Origin: Mustelus asterias
Taxonomy: Eukaryota
Direction: 5' to 3'
NCBI RefSeq assembly: GCF_964213995.1
Contig: NC_135830.1
Span: 4,464,001 to 4,528,000, forward strand
Length of the DNA stretch: 64,000 nucleotides
Shown here: positions 45,784 to 57,090 of the stretch, piece by piece
How the letters are laid out: each line of letters begins with the position of its first letter
How positions within the stretch are numbered: position 1 is the first letter of the stretch
Position numbers and translations under genes: made by a program
The notes under the pieces: model-generated
Told to the model about the DNA's origin: nothing
Seen by the model: only the letters and a program-made list of their open reading frames with translations
Database searches by the model: none

Positions 45784-46493
45784 ATCACGCCATCCACAGT
45801 CCAGAATCCATAAGCTGCAGGACTTGTTTAAAAGACGGACCACAGATCCTGAACGTTCAATTTTCACAGCATGCGTGTGTACGGCTGTGGTGATTGTCCT
45901 TTTAAGGGCAACACAGCAGTGTAAGGGTCAACATGGCCTGTGTGAACAAGCGGGACTCAGAGTCTGGAATCACCCCATCGTGAGAGAATCCTTTAGGCAA
46001 AGAGTCATTTTGAGAGTGAGCTCCTGTCATGATCTTGCGAAACAATTCTTATTCATCAATCCTCCTTGTATTCATCAATCAAGACTGTGAAAGTGCAGAT
46101 TTACAGCGGCAGATACCTCTTCCATGGTTGATATGTAAGTTAAATTGTACAATTATGAAATAATTAAATAAACAATGGAATAAAAGCCTTGTAGTCTTTA
46201 TTTCCCATTCCTTCTCCATGTTTTATAAACACGCCATCCAGAGACCAGAGCCCATAAGATGCAGGACATGTTTAAAAGACAGACAACATACCCTGAACCT
46301 TCAACTTTCACACCCTGGGCAGAATGTTCCCGTCCCGCCAGCCACAGGAACCGTAGCGGGCGAGAAAGACCATGCAAAGGTCTGTTGACCTCGGCGGGAA
46401 TTTATCAGCCTTGGGTTGAACAAAGAACAAAGAACAAAAAACAATGCAGCACAGGAACAGGCCCTTCGGCTCTCCAAGCCCGCACCGATCATG

Positions 46494-46730
46494 TGGGTCA
46501 CTGTCTGTGTGGAATCTGCACATTCTCCCATGCCTCGGTGGGTTTCCTCTGAGTGCTCCGGTTTCGTCCCACGGTGCGAAAGACGTGCTGGTTAGGTGCA
46601 TTGGCCATGCTAAATTCTCCCTCAGTGTAACCCGAACAAGTGATGGAGTGTGGCGACGAGGGGATTATCACAGTAACTTCATTGCAGTGTTAATGTATGC
46701 CTACGTGTGACGCTCAAAAAATAAGTTTTA
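46494..46730 (+). mobile_element. SINE, HE1-like core with the alternative tail
   Basis: GGGTCACTGTCTGTGTGG core and CAGTAACTTCATTGCAGTGTTAATG tail. Confidence 0.75.
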
Positions 46731-46882
46731 CTTTAAATTATTGAGTCAAGCAGCCTTTCAGTTTCAATCATTGAGTCAACTTTTTGTCTTTAGCTCCTGA
46801 GAGTGATTGTTTTATTTTGAACTTCCATTTTGACCCTTCAGATTCCAAAAGCAACGCGTTTTGAGTACCTTACTGTGCAGTA

Positions 46883-47480
46883 GGTCCTTCCATGCTGACG
46901 CTATAGTTAAGAAAGTCCACCAACGCCTCGACTTTCTCAGGAGCCTCAGAAAATTCAATATGTCAGCGACGACTCTCACGAACTTTTACAGATGAACAAT
47001 ACAAAGTATTCTTTCTTTTTGTATCACAGTTTGGTATGGTTCCTGTTCTGTCCAAGGCCGCAAGAAACTACAAAGCGTCCTGAACGAAGACCAGTCCACC
47101 ACTCAAACCAGCCTCCCATCCATTGACTCTGTCTACACTTCCCACTGACTTGGGAAAAGCAGCCAGCATAATCAAGGACCCCACACACCCCGGACATTCT
47201 CTCTTCCACCTTCTTCTGTCGGGAAAAAGATACAAAAGTCTGAGGTCATGTACCAACCGATACAAGAACAGCTTCTTCTCTGCTGCTGTCAGACTTTTGA
47301 ATGGAGCTACCTCGCATTAAGTTGATCTTTCTCTACACCCGAGCTATGACTGTAACATTACATTCTGCACCCTCTCCTTTCCTTCTCTATGAACGTTTTG
47401 CTTTGTCGGTACAGCACACAAGAAACAATACCTTTCCCTGTATACCAATACATGTGGCAATAATAAATCAGATCAAATCA
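46883..47480 (+). mobile_element. Rex1/Babar-type LINE 3' fragment
   Basis: GKAASIIKDPTHPGHSLFHLLLSGKRYKSL...KNSFF; (AAATC)n tail. Confidence 0.82.
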
Positions 47481-47662
47481 TACTGGTTCATAGTTCGACA
47501 TCCCGTAATTCTCATTTACGACTAACATCGTCTCATCCTCTAAGGGAATAACAGAAACTTAAATAAGACCTTTCTTTTGATTAATTCTCAGCCTATCTCT
47601 TTGTATGTTGCTATTTTACTGTAATATTATAATTTATCCCTCTTTCTCAGGAATCTACTGAT

Positions 47663-48210
47663 AGGGCAGGTAGTGTCATGGTGGTATTGTCCCTGGACTA
47701 GTAATCCAGAGACCCAGGCAGACCCAGGTTTTAATCCCGCCACGGTAGGTGGTGGAATTTAAATTCAATAAAAAATGTCTGGAATTAAGAATCTACTGAT
47801 GACCATGAAACCATTGTCGATTATCATAGAATCAAGGAAATCCTACAGCGAAGAAAGAGGCCATGGAGCCCATCGAGCCTGCACTGACAACAATCCCACC
47901 CAGGCCCTATCCCTGTAATCCCTTGTACTTAACATGTTAATCCCCCGAACACTAAGGGGCAATTTATCATGGCCAATCGAACTAACCCGCATACTTTTAG
48001 ACTGTGGGAGGAAACCGGACCACCCGGAGGAAACCCACACAGACACGGGGAGAACGTGCAAACTCCACAACAGACAGTGACCCGAGGCCGGAATTGAATC
48101 CAGCTCCCTGGCGCAGTGATGCAGCAATACTAACCATTGCGCCAGAGTGGCGATTGTTGGAAAATCCCATCTGGTTCCCTAATGTCCTTTAGGGAAGGAA
48201 ATCTGCCGCC
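47663..48210 (+). mobile_element. DeuSINE/SacSINE1-type SINE with an antisense HE1 SINE inserted at ~47824-48142
   Basis: The DeuSINE block ...CCATTGTCGATT | CGATTGTTGGAAAATCCCATCTGG... resumes after the HE1 reverse complement. Confidence 0.75.
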
Positions 48211-49018
48211 TATCTCTATCAGGTCACCCCTCATCCTTCGTCTCTCGAAGGAGAAAAGGCCGAGCACACTCAACCTATCCTCATAAGGTATGCCCCCCAA
48301 CTCAGGCAACATCCTTGCAAATCTCCTCTGCACCCTTTCTATGGCTTCCACATCCTTCCTGTAATGAGGCGACCAGAACTGAGCACAGTACTCCAAGTGG
48401 GGTCCGACTAGGGTCCCATATAGCTGCAACATTATCTCACGACTCCTAAACTCAATTCCTCGATTCATGAAGGCAAGTACACTATACGCCTTCTTCACCA
48501 CAGCCTCAACCTGCACAGCTGCTTTGAACATCCCATGGACTCGGACCCCAAGATCCTTCTGATCTTCCACACTGCCAAGAGTCCAACCATTAATATTATA
48601 TTCTGCCATCCTATTTGACCGGCCAAAATGAACCACCTCACACTGATCTGGGTTAAACTCCATCTGCCACTTCTCCGCCCAGTCTTGCATCCTATCAATG
48701 TCTCGCTGCAGCTTCTGGCATCCCTCCACACTATCCACAACACCTCCAACCTTTGTGCCATCAGCAAACTTACCAACCCACCCCGCCACTTCCTCATCCA
48801 GGTCGTTTATAAAAATCACAATGCGTAAGGGTCCCAGAACAGATCCCTGGGGCACTCCACTGGTGACCGACTTCCATTCAGAATATGACCCATCTATATC
48901 CAGTCTTTGCCTTCTGTGTGCAAGCCAGTTCTGGATCCACAAAGCAATGTCGCCTTGGATCCCATGTCCCCTCACTTTCTCAATAAGCCTTGCATGTGGC
49001 ACCTTATCAAATGCCTTG
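48211..49018 (-). mobile_element. CR1 LINE RT fragment
   Basis: KAFDKVPH...GVPQGSVLGP...KFADGTK...HLEYCAQFWSP within ORF 48130-49794. Confidence 0.9.
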
Positions 49019-49024
49019 CCACGC

Positions 49025-49795
49025 ACAAACATTGACAGACACAGGCACACACATAGAAACTGAAAGACATACAGACACATAGATACTGACAGACAGACAT
49101 ACACAGACACCGACGGACACACACACAGTCTCTGACAGACACACACATAGACAGTGACTGACACACACACAGACTCTGATAGACACACACATAGACACTG
49201 ACAGACACACAAACAGACTCTGACAGACATACACACAGACTCCGACAGACACACAAACATAGACACTGACAGACACACACACAGACTCTGACAGACACAC
49301 ACACCTAGACGCTGACAGACACACACACAGACTCTGACAGACACGCACACAGACACTGCAAGACACTCACACAGACTCTGACAGACACACACAGACTCTG
49401 ACAGACACAAACACACAGAGTCTGACAGACACACACACAGACTCTGACAGACACATACACAGACTCTGACAGACACACACACAGACTCTGACAGACGCAC
49501 ACACAGACTCTGACAGACACACACACAGACTCTGACAGAAACACACGCAGACTCTGACAGACACACACACAGACTCTGACAGACACATACACAGACTCTG
49601 ACAGACACACACACAGACTCTGACAGACGCACACACAGACTCTGACAGACACACACACAGACTCTGACAGAAACACACGCAGACTCTGACAGACACACAC
49701 ACAGACTCTGACAGACACATACACAGACTCTGACAGACGCACACACAGACTCTGACAGACACACACACACAGACTCTGACACTGACATGCACACA
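49025..49795. repeat. 22-bp CA-rich minisatellite (CAGACACACACACAGACTCTGA)n with a 132-bp higher-order period
   Basis: Variant CAT units recur with T at 49456, 49588 and 49720 (132 = 6 x 22); the left part is more degenerate. Confidence 0.92.
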
Positions 49796-49899
49796 CTGAT
49801 TCAAACAAACTCACACCAGCTCCCTGACTGGTTGAAGCATCTGTCGCTCAGCGAATGGAGCTCCCGGATTTGTTCTGGGGGCGTGCCGTTAGCTGCTGG

Positions 49900-50175
49900 C
49901 TTTTTGATTGGCTAACACGGTTGTCAGTCAGAAAGCCCAGCCTCTAATTGGCTCATCCGCTGTCAAAGTGCGGAGACCAGTCATTGGCGAACTTGGCTGT
50001 GAGGAAGCGAGCGGCAATTCTGATTGGCTGATTCATTCAAACGTCGATCTGGCCTCTGATTGTCTGAGGTGGTCAGTTAGCAACCCAGTCTCTGATTGGC
50101 TGAGGCGGTCAGTTAGCAACCCAGTCTCTGATTGGCTGAAGCAGTTTGTTAATGATCGCCGTCTGTGATTGGCTG
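49900..50175 (-). promoter_or_regulatory. Ladder of CCAAT-box motifs with 36-40 bp spacing
   Basis: ATTGG at 49907, 49947, 49983, 50023, (ATTGT 50059), 50095, 50131 and 50168, mostly in the TGATTGGCT context. Confidence 0.5.
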
Positions 50176-50197
50176 TCAGTCAGTTTTGTTTCTTCAT

Positions 50198-51081
50198 TCA
50201 TTGAATAATTGTTTTAATCGGATATTTCACTGCGATTCTGATCTGCTCCCTGAATTTGGATTGAGTCACTGCGTAAATAAATGTGTTTGTGCAGCAATTT
50301 ATATCCTGCAGCATATATCCGACTTGTTGCAATGTATATTCAGGAATAGTGAGGTAAATTAATCCTTTCACTTTCAAATAGATAAAATATACAACAGACA
50401 CCGACCAGAGGAGAATGAAAGCTCCGGATATGCTGAAGAGTAAAATCATTGACTTCCTTCTGCTCTCCATCTCGGGGTCTCTGCGATTCTCTCCCTGACT
50501 CTGAGCCCTCAGTCCCTTCCGGACTCGACTGGTCACCAAAATGTGACTGACTGTCAGAGCGTTAATCACCAGGATTAAACCGAATGGGAGCAATGGGGTT
50601 AAAACCTGATCAAACCAGGAAAATACAACCCAGCCGGGATCAGTGAAATAGTTTGCCTTTGTCTGACAGAACCACTGGACATTTTCGATTATCCTTCGAG
50701 GTTTATTTGTAAAGTACAGGGGGATGTTTTTCACAGAGAGCAGGATGCCGGTTGTTGCCAGAACCACAGCCGCAGTTTTCCCAGTGCAATATTTAGTTTT
50801 CAGTTTCTGGCAGCGAATGGCCACAAATCGATCAAAGGAGAAAGTGACAGTGAACCAGACTGAACAGTCTCTGGCTGCAAACAGCAGGACCTGTTTAACA
50901 CCACACACAGGGGTGAGGGACAGGAAATTCAGGGGGAAATAATAACCATTTATTATGGTGAGAATGGGGTTAAAGATGATGAACAGTAGATCCGCCGCTG
51001 CCATGGCCACCAGGTAGCGAGTGGTGCAGGTGGAGAGGCCACACTTTCCCCGACTCAGGATCGCAATTCCCAGTAAATTAA
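50198..51081 (-). CDS. GPR139/GPR142-like class A orphan GPCR, exon 2 (TM1 end to C-terminus)
   Basis: TTTTTCTCTGACAG|TT acceptor; VNLLGIAILSRGKCGLS..TRYLVAMAAADLL, DCSVWFTVTFSFDRFVAI, PLLPFGLIL..N, NCCTNTFIY. Seven-TM pattern with no stops. Confidence 0.9.
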
Positions 51082-53079
51082 CTGTCAGAGAAAAAGGGAT
51101 AATAGCCGGGAAATTAGTGAGTAAACATTCTCCAAGTCTGATCTGAAAGTAAGAAGAGGATTTCAGTATCAATCCAATGGGGTTCCGGGGGTGCTGGTGT
51201 TGTTGGAGGAGTTGTGCTAGAGATTAACATTGCAGATTGGAAAGTAGCCAATGTCACAACGCTGGTTAAGGAGGGACTGGGGGACAGGAAGCTGTGAATT
51301 ATACATCTCTCACTTTGATGGTGCAAATCTGCAAATTCTGATCATTCAAATATTTCAGAGAGATTGGTTTTCACATCTGATCTGTTTGTGAGGATTAATT
51401 CAGACTGGACGGGATCCCAATTAGACCCAAAGTGGACAGAGATAGAATCTGCAATTCCTTCCTGCACCCAATTATCAGAGCCCACCCCAGATTTAACACG
51501 TCTCTGGACTGGACAGCTGATGGAGTTGGATGTCAATTCAGGATTTGTCTAGTTAACTTCCCTCTCCAAATTTCCTCTCCATTCTTACTCTCCCCTGCAG
51601 CCTTCCTGCTTCTAATTTACAGATTATATCCTCTGTCTGTCTCTTTTTTTCTTCCTCCTCTCCCTCTCTCTATGCTTTCTCCTTTCCTTCTCTATCTATC
51701 TCTTGCTAAACTCTTCTTCTCTCCGACCAGCTTTATTCCACTGTATCTGGATTTCTCGCTCATCCAGTGCATTTCCATTCTTCATTCTAATTGTAGCTTT
51801 ACCCCATATCTCCCTATCGCTCTCCAATTGTTGTCTCTCTCCTCCTGTTTCTCCCCATATCTCTCTATCTCACTCCAGTATTGCTCTCTCCAACTTGCTT
51901 TCTCCCCATTTCTGTTCACCTCCCTCCAGAATCTCTGCATCTCCCTTTCCAGCTTTCTTTGTGGGGCTTTTAAGCACAGCATGATCCCATGGGCAGCGCT
52001 GTGGCCATATCCAGAGAGGACAAAGTGGGCGGGGTGGTGGAGACATTTCATTCCCCCAGCCTAGTGCTTGGTGGAATCTCCACCCAGCCACTGAGCGCCA
52101 TGTGAATTCTGAGTTTGGATACATATCCACTCAGTGACAGAAAGAGATAAACTCCCCTCTTTAAATTGGAACAAGCTGGGTCCGTTCCTTCGGTAGACTT
52201 TTTAAAATGAGCATCCCAGCAGTTACTAATTAATAAATTAATCAATTCATTGATTTATTGATCTATTGATTGATTTCTGTAAGTAAGGAATCTCAGTGTT
52301 TCTGACTGAGGCTATTCTCCAGGGCCAGGGAGCTGGGCACTGACCCCTAACTGGAGACCTCCAGATGATGTGATTCTTCCCACCCCCTCACATCAATATG
52401 GTTTGTGGTTATTGGCAATGTGGGTCAGAAATATTGCATCGCTCCTTTCAACACAGTGCACATGAGAGAGAGGGAAAGAAGCAGAGATATGGACAGAAAT
52501 AGGAAGGTAGAGAGAGGGATGGAGTAAGAGCTGGTGAGTGTAGTTGCAAAGACCTGGACCGAGATAAGAACATCCATCTTTACAATTAGAGAGAGCGATA
52601 GTGGCAGGAGGAGAAAAGAGAAGGAGGGGGTGGAACAGAGAAAGAGGGAGGCCCGAAGTGAGTGGAAGGTCAAAGCAGAAATGGGGATGGAGGGAGAGCA
52701 TTCGAGAAAGAGAGGCAGGGTGTGAGGGTTTCCACTGTGTAGGCACTAACTGCAGCTCCACTCAAACGCTATCAGGTAGTCTGACTTGTGGAGAAACATC
52801 CTGGGAGAATTTAAAAAGTGTGCTGCAGGAATCAGCAGCCGCTTCCCAAACTGAAAGAGGGAGTTGAGCATTTTCTAGAGACTGAGAAGGAACAGGGGGT
52901 GGGGGGGGGGGGGGGGGGGGTGGGCAGTGTGCAGCAGGACTGGCATTTTAATTCAGGTTTAGAAGATTCTCTTTCTGGATCTCTCTCTTTCTCCATTTCA
53001 ATGTTTCTGTCTGATTGGAGGAAATGGAGGGAAGGAAAGAGTGAGAGAGAATGATGAGAAGCAAGAATGAGAGGTATAG

Positions 53080-53900
53080 AATAATAGAATCATAAAGTGC
53101 AGAAGTGGCACTTCGGCCCATCGAGTCCACACTGACACATTAGAAACACCTGAAATCCCACCTAACCCCATCTGACAGCACTTGGTCCATAGCCCTGAAT
53201 GTTATGATGTGGCAAGTGCTCATCCAGATACCTTTTAAAGGATGTGAGGCAACTCGCCTCCACCACCCTCCCAGGCAGCACATTCCCGACCGTCACCACC
53301 CTCTGGGTCGAAAATTATTTTCTCACATCCCCCCTAAACCTCCTTGCCCTCACCGTGAACCGATGTCTCCTCGTGACTACCCTTCAGATATGGGGAACAG
53401 TTGCTCCTCATCCAATCTGTCCACGTCCCTCATGATCTTGTACACATCGATCAGGTCGCCCCTCAGTCTTCTCTGCTAAAATATTAATATCGTTAATATA
53501 ACCTAACCTCTTTTGAGAATGTAGATCTTCCATCCAAGGCAGCATCTTGGTGAACCTCCTCTGCACCCCCTCCAGTGCAATCACATCCCTCTTATAATGT
53601 GGCGATCAGAACTGCACACAGTACTCCAGCTGGGGCCTCACCAAAGATCTATACAATTCCAACATTACTTCCCTGCTTTTGTAATCTATGCCTCGTTTGA
53701 TAAAGGCAAGTGTCCCAAATGCCATTTTCACCACCCTACTAACTTACACTTCTGCTTTCAAAGATCTGTGGTCAAATACACCAAGATCACATTCTGCCAT
53801 AGATCTTCCTGGAGTCCGACCGTTCATGGAGTATTTCCTTATCAAATTACTCCTTCCAGAGTGTATCAGCTCACACTTTTCAGGGGTACATTCCATTAAA
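53080..53900 (-). mobile_element. Decayed CR1 LINE 3' part (in the GPCR intron)
   Basis: Reverse complement of the RPQLEYCVQF, RGDLI and FRPRGW..WECA regions, plus the tail. Confidence 0.8.
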
Positions 53901-54212
53901 CAGTGTAAAAGACACTCCACACTGCTAACTGCACCTTGTGCAATCTTGCTGCGGAACTTGTTTTAAAAGGTTGTCTCAGTGTTAAGAGAGAGTTACATCT
54001 TTCCAGGGAAGTGAAGGGAATTCTCCAGACTTGGGACAATGCACACAGAGTGGTAGGTATGTGGGTTTTTTTATCGGGTGCAGTGAGGGAAGGATCTCAC
54101 AGAAGGTGTGCGGATGGAGGCGGGGGAATGTCTGTGTCTCATTCGATAAGTTTCACAATGCAACTGCTGTGGGATCATGCTGTGCATGCACTGTCCTGGG
54201 CCTTTTGCCTGC

Positions 54213-54476
54213 CTAGCTTTAAATTGAGGGGTGATAGATATAGGACAGATGTCAGAGGTAGATTCTTCACTCAGAGAGTAGTAAGGGCGTGGAATGCCTT
54301 GCCTGCAGCAGTAGTGGACTCGCCAACATTAAGCACATTTAAATGGTTATTGGATAAACATATGGATGATATTGGAATATTGTAGGTTAGATGGGCTTTA
54401 GATTGGTTTCACTGGTCGGCGCAACATGGAGGGCCGAAGGGCCTGTACTGCGCTGTAATGTTCTATATTCTATGTT
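54213..54476 (+). mobile_element. CR1 3' end fragment
   Basis: FKLRGDRYRTDVRGRFFTQRVVRAWNALP; GTTCTAT tail. Confidence 0.85.
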
Positions 54477-56455
54477 GTAACAATGATCATCCTCTTTGAA
54501 AATAGTTCACTAACTGCAAAGAAGGTTCCAAGGCCGTGAATATAAAAAAGCTTAAACTTGAAAAATGGGACTGAGGGAGTTCATGAACACTTTCTGCAGC
54601 GGACTGAGGGGATATTCAGCTGATATCACATTACTGCCTGTGGGATCTTACTGTGCGACAAATATTCCGGCCTCAGTTTGTACATTAAAACTAGAAACAC
54701 TCAAACACAAAAAACAATCATAAACTTTGAACTGAATTTTGAAACTGCCTCTGTGCTTTGGATCTTCCTGTGCACAAGTTACATCAGAAATCTCTAAACT
54801 AACAGCAGTGAGGTCAGATTAACAATTAATCTCTTCACTGTAAATAATTCTTGATGGCCTGGAATGAAAGTTCTTTAACCTGAAGCGGGTATAATTGTGG
54901 AATAAAAATGTCTGAGTCTGAGTGATAAATCTGAGCGTGAAATGAAATGCACAGGGTTCCATCTGAATACAGTTTGTTGTGGTGCTGATTGTTGGCGCTC
55001 TCGCTCTATGTCTGGTGTGGCGAAGCTGAGTTTGTGAAGTGTGGTCCCTTTAAAAGCTGGTTTTGTGTCCGTTTATAGTTGGACTTGTGTCAATGCTTGG
55101 AGGCTTAAAATGTAGGTACAGACAGAATACCAAGACTGCAAGATTTGTAGTAAAGACCAAGCATCAAGGTTGCCTTTGTAACATGCTTTGCAGGCTCTTG
55201 AATTTTAAGTTCAGCCTATCTGTTCAAAGAAGACACTCAGCTTTCAGGAAGCTATCAAATGTTAATTCATTGTCGTGGAAAAGATCAGATCAATCCTGAT
55301 GCAGGTAAATTCATAGGCCATCACAGTTATAAAAACAAGAGATCAACTGCCTGCCTGCAGTTCATCTGAAGGGCTGCCACCTCTCAAAGCCGAGAGAGGG
55401 AAAGAGCAGCTCTCTCCAGCTTCGAATATCTCATAATAGATTCAGCCTCTGTCTCATGACTCTCTATCTCTATCTGTGTCTCTGTATCACCATTGTATGG
55501 CTTGTGAGAGAGGAAGTGAGAGAGTGGGGAGACAGGCTGAGGCAGGGTTGATGTTACGGAGTGAGAGAGAAAAGGGAGGATCAGGTTAAACAGGGGGAGA
55601 GATAGCTGAACATTGTGGAATTGGGGTGGAGGGAAAAAGGCACAGGATTTGGGGTAGAGGTTTTCCTGTGTGCAGTCACTGCTGATGTCCCTGTCACACC
55701 TTTCCAGAAAGTGTGATGTTCAAACACTCCAATCCTGAAATGTATCCTCAGGAAATGAACAGTGTCTTCCCGATTGAGGTTTTAGCCACTTGCTGACTAG
55801 TTTGGGCGGTGTGGAAACATTGCTGCCCGTGGGATTCTGCTGTGCATCAGTGACCTGCAGCATATACAGAACTGCAAATGGTAACCACACAACTTAAATG
55901 GCAAATTAGCTCAGTGACGATAAAGCACATGGGAGGGAGGAGGGGATAAAAATCAAACCTCAGGCCTTGATAAAGGCTTGTTCTCAATCCCTGTGTCCTG
56001 TTTGCATTTTTAGACAGAGTGCTGCGAGTTGGAGGATTTATTATTTTTTGAGGGAGTGGGTAGGGAAGGCATTCAATGTCTCAGCCTCTGTCACCACAAC
56101 TTTTCCTCTCTCTCTCCATCCATTTGCTTCAATGTTGCAACCTGCAATTAATGTAAAATAAAATACCCTTGCGTTTTGTTTTATTGTTGTGGGGTGCATG
56201 AGGTGTGTGCGGATGGGACAGAAGGTGAGGAACAGTGGTTCTCTTTTCCCTCTTGCCCCTTCCATCTGTGTGTGGGATGTTTTGGGGCTGGAAAGGACAG
56301 ATTTGTTTCACTGGGGTGGGGAGAATCCTGTTCCTTGGTCCCAAGGTTTATTGAATCCTCTGTGAGTAGGCCTCGATTCAGGGCCTAATCTCAGGGACCT
56401 CAGGATGCCTTTTCCATTCTCTTCATTCCATACAGTTACTGCGCCACCATTCATT

Positions 56456-57090
56456 TTTATTGTGGCTGATCATCAAATTTAATGTCTTGATTCATCCTTC
56501 CCCCATATCCTTTGATACCTTTATCCCCTAGAGCTATATCTAATTTATTTTTGAAATCACAGAACGCCTGTGAGTTCCACACATTCACCACCCTCTGACT
56601 GAAGAAATTTCTCCTACCCTCAGTTCTAAAAATGCTTTCGCTTATCATCAAACTAAGACAGCTAGTCGTGGACTCCCCTACCATTGGTAACATTCTTTCT
56701 GAATCGACCCTGTCTAATCCTGTCAGAATTTTATAAGTTTCTATGAGATTCCCTCTCATTATTCTGAATGCATTTGCCTTAATAACTTTCTGTGGTTGTG
56801 AATTCCACACATTCACCACCCTCTGACTGAATAAACTTCTCCTCACCTCAGTTCGAAAAGGTTTCCCCCTAATCCTAAAGCTATGACCCCGAGTTCTCGA
56901 CTCCCCAACCCTTGGTAACATTCTTTCTGAATCGACCCTGCCTCATTCTGTTAGAATTTAATACGTTTCTATGAGGTCCCCTCTCACTCTACAAATTTCC
57001 ATTGAATATAATCCCAACCAATCCAGGTGTGGCCTCACCAATGCTTTATAAATTGCAGCAAATCATCCCTATCCCTCAATAGGCATCATC
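56456..57090 (-). mobile_element. CR1 3' fragment with an internal ~190-bp duplication
   Basis: ORF 56457-56921 repeats MLP.VGES..FRTE.RR..FSQRVVNVWNSQ twice. Confidence 0.8.

Noticed and set aside
48130-49814. 554-aa ORF and companion Cys/Val-rich ORFs that look like a repeat-RT fusion protein
   Set aside because: Stop-free read-through of a (TG)-rich minisatellite into a CR1 RT fragment whose catalytic motif is mutated (FADG).
51082-51172. ORF-track N-terminus of the GPCR (MILKSSSYF...)
   Set aside because: It lies upstream of a strong splice acceptor; the phase-compatible true exon 1 is at 59293-59359.
51432-52064. 210-aa hydrophobic ORF resembling a membrane protein
   Set aside because: A low-complexity CT-rich tract antisense within the GPCR intron.
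52715-52745. CACTGTG as a J- or D-segment RSS heptamer (also at ~42307, and a weak GGTTTT..CACTG at ~55659)
   Set aside because: No nonamer at 12 or 23 spacing and no FGxG J motif.
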